The translations under genes and the position numbers were made by a program. DNA of 48,257 bases from Candidatus Methylomirabilota bacterium (GTDB taxonomy: Bacteria > Methylomirabilota > Methylomirabilia > Methylomirabilales > CSP1-5). Location of the stretch: the NCBI GenBank assembly GCA_019456075.1, contig VRUN01000005.1, positions 1 to 48,257 of the forward strand. Reading direction: 5' to 3'. Shown piece by piece: positions 10,139-18,157 of the stretch. Under the pieces are notes generated by a model that made no database searches, had not been told where the DNA came from, and saw only the letters and a list, made by a program, of their open reading frames with translations. The stretch's first letter is position 1, and each line of letters begins with the position of its first letter.

Positions 10139-10711
10139 TCAAGAATTTTCTCCCTCGCTCTTCACGGTTTCACCGGCATCCTGCCTGAGAGGGGTAAGGG
10201 CTTCGATCTCCTGAGGTGACGGGAGCTCCGTGATGTCTTGGAAGCCAAAGTATTCCAAAAACTTCCGGGTGGATCCGTAAAGAAGGGGTCTCCCTACCTC
10301 ACGCTTTCGCCCCAGAACCCGGATGAGATCTCGTTCCATCAGGGTCTTCAGCACACCGTCCACCAACACGCCCCGGATTGCCTCCATTTCTGCCTTCGTG
10401 ATCGGTTGTCGGTAAGCGATGATGGATAACGTCTCGAGTGCTGGGCGGGAAAGCCTCGTCGGTCGTGTACTGGCGAGCCGGCTCAGCCACGGGTGTAGAT
10501 CCGGTCGCGTCGACATCCGAAAGCCACCGGCAATCTGAACGATGGTCAGTCCCGAACCGTTTTTTTCATACGTCTCCCTTAGAAGGTTCAGGTTCTCCAC
10601 TATCCTGTCTCTTTCCACGTCGCCCAGCACCGTGTGAAGCTGCTCGATGGAAAGAGGATCAGGTGACGCGAACAGGAGTGCCTCCAAAATGGCGAGGTCA
10701 TCCTGACTCAT
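10139..10711 (-). CDS. scpB: segregation and condensation protein B
   Basis: 190 aa with tandem winged-helix ScpB signature (LEALLFAS..PLS, GLTIVQIAGGFRMST, LETLSIIAYRQPITKAEMEAIRGV). Overlaps scpA by 4 nt. Confidence 0.9.
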   Translation of the reverse strand: MSQDDLAILEALLFASPDPLSIEQLHTVLGDVERDRIVENLNLLRETYEKNGSGLTIVQIAGGFRMSTRPDLHPWLSRLASTRPTRLSRPALETLSIIAYRQPITKAEMEAIRGVLVDGVLKTLMERDLIRVLGRKREVGRPLLYGSTRKFLEYFGFQDITELPSPQEIEALTPLRQDAGETVKSEGENS

Positions 10712-11415
10712 GCCACGGCCCGCGCAATCACAATATCGCCGAAGTCAACTTGTTGCTGCACCCGAACTGATCCCTGTCGAAGGAGTTCTAAGAGGGCGAG
10801 AAATGTCACAACCACGACCCAGCGATCCGCGGCCGGAGGAAACAATGATTCAAAGCTGACGGCCGCCTGTGTCGCGACCCTATCGAGGATTGCTACCATC
10901 CGCTCTCCCGTAGTCACCGGTCGGGTAACAAAGTCGAGCACCGGTTGATCCGCGGCACGTGCCAGGACACCCTGAAAGGCCGCCAGCAGGTCGAAAAGGC
11001 TGACCTCAAGCGTCCCTCCGTCGGCGGGAACCTCGAGCGGGGTGGAGCGGAAGAAAAACTGTCGCTGCTGATCTTCCCGACCCGCCAACGCTTCGGCCGA
11101 AGCCCGGAATCGTTGGTACTCCAAAAGCATGTCAACCAGGGGGGTCCGGGGATCCTCTTCGACCGGCTCCCCGGTGGCGGAAGGCTCGGCCGGTAACAGC
11201 ATCCTGGATTTAATATAGACCAAGGTCGCCGCCATGACGAGAAACTCCCCGGCCACCTCGAGGTCCAGCTCCTGGAGTAAGCTGAGGTATTGGAAGTATT
11301 CCTCGGTGATCTGTGCAATCGGAATATTGTATATGTCGACTTCGTTGACGCGGATAAGATGCAGCAGCAAGTCTAACGGCCCTTCAAATGCCGGAAGTTT
11401 TACTTGGTAGACCAT
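10708..11415 (-). CDS. scpA: segregation and condensation protein A (kleisin)
   Basis: 235 aa with FEGPLDLLLHLIRVNEVDIYNIPIAQIT, typical of the ScpA N-terminus. Paired with scpB. Confidence 0.9.
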   Translation of the reverse strand: MVYQVKLPAFEGPLDLLLHLIRVNEVDIYNIPIAQITEEYFQYLSLLQELDLEVAGEFLVMAATLVYIKSRMLLPAEPSATGEPVEEDPRTPLVDMLLEYQRFRASAEALAGREDQQRQFFFRSTPLEVPADGGTLEVSLFDLLAAFQGVLARAADQPVLDFVTRPVTTGERMVAILDRVATQAAVSFESLFPPAADRWVVVVTFLALLELLRQGSVRVQQQVDFGDIVIARAVA

Positions 11416-11801
11416 GCCGCCTCCTCCTCCTCCAGGGTCAGATACGGAACCATTTTTTGCAGGCGTTTGCTGCCAATCCCCGGGACCCCCTCCAGATCGG
11501 ATAGGTGCTGGAAGGGCCCGTGCACTTCCCGAAACCGCACAATCGCTTTGGCCAGAGCGGTCCCCACTCCGGGCACAGTGGTCAAAGTCCGCGCATCCGC
11601 CAGATTGGGATTCAGCCGCAACTGCGCCGCGAGAGAGGATCCTTCACCTTTCAGGTCTGGTCGAGCCTGCCCTTTCGATCGGAGGACAAAACCTGACCCC
11701 TTGTCCACCGTCGGGAGCCCTCGGGACGCGAAAAGGGCCAGGACAAGTAAGAGCAGCGTGGCGAAAGCGGCATCAGCGAGCGTAAAGGCACGAAATCTCA
11801 T
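11400..11801 (-). CDS. comEA: ComEA-family helix-hairpin-helix DNA-binding protein
   Basis: N-terminal membrane anchor plus C-terminal tandem HhH ([16 protein letters not shown]...[15 protein letters not shown]). Confidence 0.8.
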   Translation of the reverse strand: MRFRAFTLADAAFATLLLLVLALFASRGLPTVDKGSGFVLRSKGQARPDLKGEGSSLAAQLRLNPNLADARTLTTVPGVGTALAKAIVRFREVHGPFQHLSDLEGVPGIGSKRLQKMVPYLTLEEEEAAWSTK

Positions 11802-13036
11802 CGCTCCTCCGCCGGAGGGTCCCCGAGCTGAAAGGTATCATGGAGGACCCGGACCGCCAGCTCCGCGTACTGTTCCTCGATCACGCAAGAAACTTTAATC
11901 TCCGAAGTGCTGATCATCATGATATTGACTTTCTCTGCCGCCAGGGCGGCAAACATCTTGGCCGCCACGCCGGAGTGCGTACGTATTCCCACCCCCACGA
12001 TGGATACCTTAGCAATCCGATCGTCGCCCAAGATCTGGTTTGCCCCGATCTCTCTCGCAACCCCCTCGACAAGCTCTTTGGCCTTGTGAAAATCACTCCT
12101 CGGGACGGTGAAGGAAATATCGGTGTGCCCATCCTGGCTAATGTTTTGCACGATCATGTCCACGACGATTCCCGATTCCGCCACCCGGCCGAAGAGTTTG
12201 GCGGCAATGCCCGGACGATCGACCACTCCGGTAATGGTGATCTTTGCCTCGTTCTTGTCATAGGCAATCCCCGAGACCGCAACCCTCTCCATGTCTCGAT
12301 CCTCCTGGACCACCATGGTTCCTGGATTTCTCGTGAAGCTCGAGCGCACGTGAATAGACACATTATAATTCTTCGCGTACTCGACCGCGCGTGCCTGGAG
12401 CACCCTTGCCCCCAGGCTGGCGACCTCGATCATCTCCTCGTACGCGACCCGGGGAAGCTTCCGAGCCGTGGAGACGAGATCAGGATCAGCCGTGTACACC
12501 CCCTCCACATCGGTATAGATCTCACAGATGTCGGCGTCCAACGCAGCGGCCAAGGCGACGGCGGTGAGGTCCGAGCCACCACGGCCCAGCGTGGTGACTT
12601 CTTCCTCGACGTTTACCCCTTGAAATCCGGCCACGATGGCGATTTCGCCCTCCCGTAGCGCTTGCCGGACCCGCTCAACGTCAATGTTGAGAATCCGTGC
12701 TCTGGTGTGAACGTTATCCGTCAGAATGCGCACCTGCGTCCCCGTGAAGGAGCGAGCCTTGGAGCCACAGGCTTGGATCGCCAAGGAGAGTAGGCCGATG
12801 GCCACCTGTTCTCCTGTGGCTAGAATGACGTCGAGCTCCCGTGCGTTCGGCGTCTCAGTGATCTGATGCGCGAGTTGGAGGAGCCGGTCGGTCTCTCCGG
12901 CGATAGCCGAAACCACCACGACAATCTCATTCCCCTCCTCCTTCACCTCGACGATCCGTCTGGCAACATGCTGCAGCCGCCCGACGTCTCCCACCGAGGT
13001 TCCCCCAAACTTCTGGACAAGCAGAGCCAAACTCAC
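11798..13036 (-). CDS. lysC: aspartate kinase (monofunctional, two C-terminal ACT domains)
   Basis: [29 protein letters not shown] and ACT repeats. The start is set at GTG 13036, which overlaps the TGA of the upstream pgsA paralogue (GTGA). The ORF is open to 13081. Confidence 0.9.
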   Translation of the reverse strand: MSLALLVQKFGGTSVGDVGRLQHVARRIVEVKEEGNEIVVVVSAIAGETDRLLQLAHQITETPNARELDVILATGEQVAIGLLSLAIQACGSKARSFTGTQVRILTDNVHTRARILNIDVERVRQALREGEIAIVAGFQGVNVEEEVTTLGRGGSDLTAVALAAALDADICEIYTDVEGVYTADPDLVSTARKLPRVAYEEMIEVASLGARVLQARAVEYAKNYNVSIHVRSSFTRNPGTMVVQEDRDMERVAVSGIAYDKNEAKITITGVVDRPGIAAKLFGRVAESGIVVDMIVQNISQDGHTDISFTVPRSDFHKAKELVEGVAREIGANQILGDDRIAKVSIVGVGIRTHSGVAAKMFAALAAEKVNIMMISTSEIKVSCVIEEQYAELAVRVLHDTFQLGDPPAEER

Positions 13037-13602
13037 TCCCCCTTGGACTGCACTGTTACCCCAAGGCCGAGCTGCCGCCAAAACCGGAGAAAGTAGTCGA
13101 TGCCCGAAACCACGCTCAGGATCACGGCCACCCCTACTGCAAACGCTCCGAGGCTGAGGGGCAGCCCGGGAAGCCGCCAGACCCCCGAATCAAGAATGAG
13201 GAAGGTCACCGCAACCACCTCTGCTACCATTTTGTATTTCCCCAACTGTGACGCGGCGATGATAAGTCCCTGGGACGCCGCAATCCCCCTCAGCCCCGTA
13301 ACGGCGATATCTCGCCCGATGATAACTGTCGCCACCCAGGCCGCCACTCGCCGTATTTCCACGAGCGAGATAAGTGCCGCAGCAATTAACAGTTTGTCCG
13401 CAATGGGGTCTAAGAGCTGCCCCAGCGTGGTGACCTGTCTGCGGCTCCGGGCAATTCGACCGTCCAGCCAGTCGGTAAGGACCGCCGCGAGAAAGGTGAT
13501 TGCCGCAAGATAATTACGGGGTTCAGCGGTGGCGATCAGGAAAACGACAAGGAAGGGGACGAGGAAGATTCGAACTAGGCTAAGCGTATTCGGCAGATTC
13601 AC
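13033..13602 (-). CDS. second CDP-alcohol phosphatidyltransferase (PgsA-like paralogue)
   Basis: Motif [27 protein letters not shown] with multiple TM segments. Start proposed at GTG 13602 ([13 protein letters not shown]..., matching the NLPN start of the first pgsA). The ORF is open to 13713. Confidence 0.8.
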   Translation of the reverse strand: MNLPNTLSLVRIFLVPFLVVFLIATAEPRNYLAAITFLAAVLTDWLDGRIARSRRQVTTLGQLLDPIADKLLIAAALISLVEIRRVAAWVATVIIGRDIAVTGLRGIAASQGLIIAASQLGKYKMVAEVVAVTFLILDSGVWRLPGLPLSLGAFAVGVAVILSVVSGIDYFLRFWRQLGLGVTVQSKGE

Positions 13603-13741
13603 TGGAGGCCACCTGGCATCATGCGACTGAGCGGACCACGTCCTTAACCGAGGGCACTCCCCGAAACTGCACCTCCCCTCCAATGAAGGAAATCCGGCAC
13701 CCGGGGAGCCCATTCCGATCCATGCTCATCATCCCTCATCC

Positions 13742-15577
13742 TTATCTCGAGGACCCTCGGCCGGTTTCGAGCCGTGCCCGCAGGTCCCGGACCCGTACGC
13801 GAACGTCCCGAAACTTCGGCACCTCGCTGTGAATGGTTCGCAGCGTCTCGAGCGCCTTTGTAGCGTCCCCGAATGCCTCATAGGCAGTTGCGAGGTCGTA
13901 CAGAATCCCCCATCGCTCCTCAGTGCCCGTCTTTGTCGCGGACAGACCCTTAAGCAGCTCCTCTACCGACCGTTCTGGATCCCCCTTGGCCAAGTAACAA
14001 AGGCCCAGAAGACTTGCACATCGCACGCGATAGGCGGCGTCATTGGCGGCGAGTCGAAACTCTTCAATGGCCTTTTCGTGTAACTCCAAGTCCTTATAGG
14101 CGATCCCCAGATTGTAATGGGTCTCATAGTCAGCAACATCCAACTGATCACGGATCCCTTGATCGAACTGGTGGAGCATTTGCTGCACTTCAGGCTGCAG
14201 ATCTGCCGCCAAGGCGGCCCCTACCTGGCTCAACTCCGCACTGAGCTCACGTGCAAGGTCCACAAACTCTCCCTGCGGAGTTTCCACGTCAGTCACCCGG
14301 AACACTGAGGGGCTCTTCGCGTCTGGTGGAAGAAGCTCTTCGTTCTGAGGCGTTCCCACCGACTGCTCGATTAAGGCCATATACTGATTAGCCACCGGTT
14401 GTTCCGGATCGCGGATGAGAATCCGCTGGAGGATGGCTTGGGCCTCCTGGTGCATCCCTTGTTCGAGGAGAAACCGTGTTTCCTGGAGCTCATCTTCGAG
14501 TGTCTGCGACCCGACGAGTTCCACAGGTGCTGAAGGCTCCTCTGTCAGTGTGACGAACTCCTCAGATCCCGCGGTCAGATCCAGTTCGATGGCTGTCGGC
14601 TCTCTCTCCTCCACGGATTCGACCTCTTCACCGAGAGAGACATCGACGTCCAGCATCTCCCCTGCGGCCACGTGTATATCGCCCGCTTCGACGGTTCCTT
14701 TCTCGGAGAGCCCTTCATCAGGAGGGAGTATGAGTTCTTCGAACCCTACCCCGATCTTTTCGGGCAACTCGAGGTCCGGTACCCCTTTCTGTTCCGCGGA
14801 AGACCCTGGCAGGATCTCAAGGGACATCGTTTGCTCCATGACTATCTCTGCCGCATCCAGATGACCGCCGTCCCCGGGGAAAGCCGCCGCCAACGCTTCC
14901 TCGACCCTCGCCTCCGCGTCAGCAGGATGGAGGGAGTTGAGCCCATCAGCGAAGCTTGCCGCATCGGCCTCCCGCCCCTGAGACTTCAACAGCTCCACTG
15001 CTTTTTGGTAAATGTGTTGGGCGTCCTCGGCCTGTCCGGCCTCGACAAGGCGCACCCCCAGAGCATTGAGCTTGGCCAGGGCCTCACCGACCCCCCCGGG
15101 CCTTACCAGGATCCCCGCAAGCTTGGACAGGGTCGAGTGATGTCCCGGATCCATTCGGATCATCTTTTCATACATCTCCACGGCACTGCCGATGTCCCCT
15201 CTTTTCAGGTAGTAGTCGGCAAGTCCCTGGAACTGAAGCTTGGCTTCGGCGATCAGCCCTTGCTCGGCGTACAGCTCGCCACACGCCACCGAGGCCTCGA
15301 CATGCAATGGGTCAAGTTTGAGCATTTTCTTAAAGACTGCAACCGCCCGCACATACAAGCCATCAAGCCGATAGGCCTCCGCGAGGCGCATGAAATATCC
15401 GATGGCCTCCGTCTTTTTTCCCGTTCGAGCGCAGACGTCCCCTAGGGCGTTCAGCACATTACAGTCGCTCGGATCGGTTAGCAGGATGGCTTCGTACTCA
15501 GCGATAGCCCGATCCAGCTTTCCTTGCTGAATATAGGTCAAAGCGGTCTGCAGTTGGTGTCGTTTGCCCTTCTCCAT
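13742..15577 (-). CDS. tetratricopeptide-repeat protein with acidic central region
   Basis: 611 aa. TPR-like helical repeats at both ends (e.g. AIAEYEAILLTDPSDCNVLNALGDV, YNLGIAYKDLELHEKAIEEFRLA) flank an E/D-rich low-complexity middle. Confidence 0.75.
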   Translation of the reverse strand: MEKGKRHQLQTALTYIQQGKLDRAIAEYEAILLTDPSDCNVLNALGDVCARTGKKTEAIGYFMRLAEAYRLDGLYVRAVAVFKKMLKLDPLHVEASVACGELYAEQGLIAEAKLQFQGLADYYLKRGDIGSAVEMYEKMIRMDPGHHSTLSKLAGILVRPGGVGEALAKLNALGVRLVEAGQAEDAQHIYQKAVELLKSQGREADAASFADGLNSLHPADAEARVEEALAAAFPGDGGHLDAAEIVMEQTMSLEILPGSSAEQKGVPDLELPEKIGVGFEELILPPDEGLSEKGTVEAGDIHVAAGEMLDVDVSLGEEVESVEEREPTAIELDLTAGSEEFVTLTEEPSAPVELVGSQTLEDELQETRFLLEQGMHQEAQAILQRILIRDPEQPVANQYMALIEQSVGTPQNEELLPPDAKSPSVFRVTDVETPQGEFVDLARELSAELSQVGAALAADLQPEVQQMLHQFDQGIRDQLDVADYETHYNLGIAYKDLELHEKAIEEFRLAANDAAYRVRCASLLGLCYLAKGDPERSVEELLKGLSATKTGTEERWGILYDLATAYEAFGDATKALETLRTIHSEVPKFRDVRVRVRDLRARLETGRGSSR

Positions 15578-15638
15578 GCTGAAATGACTCTTCGTGAGGG
15601 GCTTTTAAGCCCCGAAAATCAAACACTTCCCCATGGTC

Positions 15639-15667
15639 ATGGTATCAGAGCCTTTTTCGACTGTCAA
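15639..15667 (-). promoter_or_regulatory. candidate sigma-70 promoter (TTGACA-N17-TACCAT) upstream of TPR gene
   Basis: Minus strand reads CCTTGACAGTCGAAAAAGGCTCTGATACCAT, about 60 nt upstream of ATG 15577. Confidence 0.35.
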
Positions 15668-15669
15668 GG

Positions 15670-15685
15670 TGCCAACTTTGTGCCA
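15670..15685 (-). promoter_or_regulatory. candidate sigma-54 (-24/-12) promoter TGGCACAAAGTTGGCA
   Basis: Minus strand reads TGGCAC-AAAGT-TGGCA, against the consensus TGGCAC-N5-TTGCA. The GG-N10-GC spacing is exact and there is one mismatch in the -12 element. Lies in the lplA-like/TPR spacer. rpoN is encoded 2.5 kb away. Confidence 0.4.
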
Positions 15686-15718
15686 ACCGCACCTTGGAAA
15701 CCCCCTGAAGACGGACTC

Positions 15719-16537
15719 TTATCGGCGGAGGGTCCATTCGTGGGTTCCGTACCGCTTTGCCACCAGTTCCTGCACCAATGTTTGCTCACGCACCATCAGT
15801 CCTCCGGGCTCCAACTGGACCCTCGCTCCTTCTTCAAATCCCGCGCGCATGGCCTCAACCAACTCCTCCCAGGAGGGGGATCGTCCGAGTAGGCACTTGA
15901 GCGTGGTCACCCGCGCTTCGAGCCCCCTCGCCTTCGGGAAGAGCGTATTCCACGCGGAGTGATCTATCTCAACCAAGAGTGACCCATGCTGAAGGAGCGC
16001 ACCGTGTAACCGCCGTTGCGCCGATCCGACGAGCTTTCGTCCATTAACGGTCAGCTCATACCGGGACGCAGAGAGAAAACACAAACCCCCTCCCTCCTCC
16101 TTCGTGCGATCCCCATGGCTCAAAATCCCCGTCACGCCTAACTTCCTCAAAGCGAGGAGGAGGCAGTGGCTGATCCACTGGTAATCTTCAAGGACGCTCC
16201 GGCTCCCGAGCGGGATCGGAAGGGCAAGGCTGTAAGTCAGTTCCTGGTCGTGGAGTAGCGCCCGACCGCCTGTCGGCCGACGGACCGCCGGAACCCCCTG
16301 TTGACGGCAGGTGGCGAGGTCCACGTCTCCGTGAATGGGTTGGTTGCAGCCCAGCGAAACGGTGGGGACGGTCCAACGGTATAGACGGAGGCTGGGGGGA
16401 CTCCAGTCTTGAGCGCAGCCAAGCGCCAGCACTTCATCGATGGCCATGTTGGTTGGCCCATCTCGCGGCCCATCGAGAATAAAGCGCCAGCGACCCCTGT
16501 GCTTCCGACTCTGTGGGATGTTTGGGATCTCGGACAT
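15719..16537 (-). CDS. lipoate-protein ligase / octanoyltransferase family protein (BPL/LPL catalytic domain)
   Basis: 272 aa with NMAIDEVL, SLRLYRW..PTVSLGCNQ, VRRPTGGRALLHD and GRKLVGSAQRR (LplA/LipM-type catalytic-domain motifs). Confidence 0.8.
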   Translation of the reverse strand: MSEIPNIPQSRKHRGRWRFILDGPRDGPTNMAIDEVLALGCAQDWSPPSLRLYRWTVPTVSLGCNQPIHGDVDLATCRQQGVPAVRRPTGGRALLHDQELTYSLALPIPLGSRSVLEDYQWISHCLLLALRKLGVTGILSHGDRTKEEGGGLCFLSASRYELTVNGRKLVGSAQRRLHGALLQHGSLLVEIDHSAWNTLFPKARGLEARVTTLKCLLGRSPSWEELVEAMRAGFEEGARVQLEPGGLMVREQTLVQELVAKRYGTHEWTLRR

Positions 16538-16541
16538 CGAA

Positions 16542-17399
16542 TTATACTTTCTCGATGTCTCGATGCAGAACCCCCACCTCCTGCCCCTCCGCGTGAAACT
16601 GCCGGACCAGATACTCGGCAGCGGTCACCGACCGGTGCCGTCCACCCGTGCAGCCGAGGGCGATGGTCAGATAGGCCCTCCCCTCTTGGAGGTAGTGGGG
16701 AAACGCAAAACGAAGAAATCCCCACACCTGCTCTAGATAGGAGCGAGCCTGGGGATCCTCCAAGAGGAACTTATAGACCGCCGGATGATGCCCCGTAAGC
16801 GGTCGCAGCTCCTCCTGAAAATGAGGATTAGGAAGGCAGCGGAGGTCGAAGACGAGGTCGGCATCGGGAGGGAGGCCATGCCGGTATCCGAAGGAAACAA
16901 GCGTGATCGTCGTTTTGCCACCCGGTCGATGGTCGCGGAAGGTACTGACCAACAGCTTCCGAAGATCATGGATGGTAAGGCCGCTCGTATCGATGACCCT
17001 TTCCGCCTCAGTCCTCAGGTGAGCCATCCGCTGCCGCTCCAGACTGATCCCCTCGAGGATCGAGCCCTGGGGGGCAAGGGGATGGGGTCGACGGCTCTCG
17101 CTGAACCGCCGGAGCAGAACTTGGTCATCCGCGTCCAGGAAGATTACGCGGACGGGATGTCCACCCTCCCGTAGCGTAGCCAAGACCTCCTCAAGCGAGC
17201 CAAGAAACTCCCCCTCCCGAACGTCGATTACGAAGGCCACACGGTCGATGCGCTGTTCCGAGTGGGCGCAGAGATCCGCCACCGTGGGGATCAACGAAGC
17301 CGGAAGATTGTCAATGCAAAAAACGCCCAGATCTTCCAGGGTCTTGATCGCCTGGCTCTTGCCAGCCCCTGACATCCCCGTGACGATGATGAACTCCAT
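16542..17399 (-). CDS. rapZ: RNase adapter protein RapZ (P-loop NTPase)
   Basis: MEFIIVTGMSGAGKSQAIKTLEDLGVFCIDNLP aligns with the E. coli RapZ N-terminus. C-terminal GCTGGRHRSV motif. Lies in the conserved rpoN-hpf-rapZ context. The ORF is open to 17423. Confidence 0.9.
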   Translation of the reverse strand: MEFIIVTGMSGAGKSQAIKTLEDLGVFCIDNLPASLIPTVADLCAHSEQRIDRVAFVIDVREGEFLGSLEEVLATLREGGHPVRVIFLDADDQVLLRRFSESRRPHPLAPQGSILEGISLERQRMAHLRTEAERVIDTSGLTIHDLRKLLVSTFRDHRPGGKTTITLVSFGYRHGLPPDADLVFDLRCLPNPHFQEELRPLTGHHPAVYKFLLEDPQARSYLEQVWGFLRFAFPHYLQEGRAYLTIALGCTGGRHRSVTAAEYLVRQFHAEGQEVGVLHRDIEKV

Positions 17400-17423
17400 A
17401 GCATTCACAGCGTGACGGATCAT

Positions 17424-17476
17424 GGTTCACAGACGCACAAGGGACGATATGAACGGGAATCGTCAACCCTGAACCG
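17424..17476. repeat. degenerate third copy (inverted orientation) of the GTTCAC-heptad palindromic element
   Basis: GGTTCAC at 17424..17430. The reverse complement of 17450..17476 is CGGTTCAGGGTTGACGATTCCCGTTCA, about 22/28 identical to CGGTTCAGGGTTCACAGTTCACGGTTCA at 43859... Fills the hpf-rapZ spacer. Confidence 0.55.
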
Positions 17477-17479
17477 TCG

Positions 17480-18000
17480 TTAGGTCTCGGGTTCAATCAG
17501 ACCATAGTTGTCCTCATGGCGTCGGTACACCACATTGACCTCATCGGTCTGTGCGTTGCGGAAGACATAAAATGTGTGCCCCAACAAGTCCATTTGTAGA
17601 ATTGCTTCATCAAGGGACATCGGTTTGACAGCAAAGCGTTTGGTTTTCACAATCCGGGACCCGTCGTCCTCTTCCAAGGATGCCATCGCGCCCTCAGACC
17701 TTCCACCCCGACTGGCGTGGTGCCAGATCTTTCCTCTGTCCCTTTACAATTGACGCTCAAGTTTCTCCACCACCAAGTCAATAGAGGAATACACATCAGC
17801 GGTGCTCTCTTCCCCGCGGATGGTGAGGTCTCTCACCCGCAGCGTCACCTCTGCGATTTGACGATATTTCTGGATAGAAAGGACGATGTGGGCCGATGTG
17901 ATCTTTTCCAGATACTTTTGAAGTCTCCCCACCTTTCTTCCGCGTAACGCCGGAGGGCTTCCGTAACTTCCAGATTGCGCCGCGTGAGAGAGATCTGCAT
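17480..18000 (-). pseudogene. hpf: ribosome hibernation promoting factor, long form, interrupted by one frameshift and one in-frame TAA (or split into separately translated pieces)
   Basis: ATG 18000 has GGAGG 6 nt upstream and gives MQISLTRRNLEVTEALRRYAEE. The HPF sequence then continues in the -1 frame (VGRLQKYLEKITSAHIVLSIQKYRQIAEVTLRVRDLTIRGEESTADVYSSIDLVVEKLERQL). TAA follows at 17746..17744. The same frame then continues through a linker into the dimerisation domain (IVKTKRFAVKPMSLDEAILQMDLLGHTFYVFRNAQTDEVNVVYRRHEDNYGLIEP). Confidence 0.8.
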
Positions 18001-18157
18001 ATCGAACCTCCTCAGGAAGGGGGACGGGGGGGGGGAGGAAACCGGAGCGAGACTCGTGCCGTTCCAACTTAATGAGCTTAATCCCAACGGCACGCCTTGC
18101 AGCAACGGTCGCCACCGTGTACAGCGAGTCAGGTTGGCGCACCGCATTGGAACGGCA

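Noticed and set aside
18101-18116. Sigma-54-like TGGCGACCGTTGC between rpoN and hpf. Other TGGCAC-containing strings lie at 17715..17730, 22950..22970 and 45675..45695.
   Set aside because: GG-to-GC spacing is 8 or 11 nt at 18101. At the other sites there is no GC dinucleotide at the +10 position. None fits the -24/-12 geometry.
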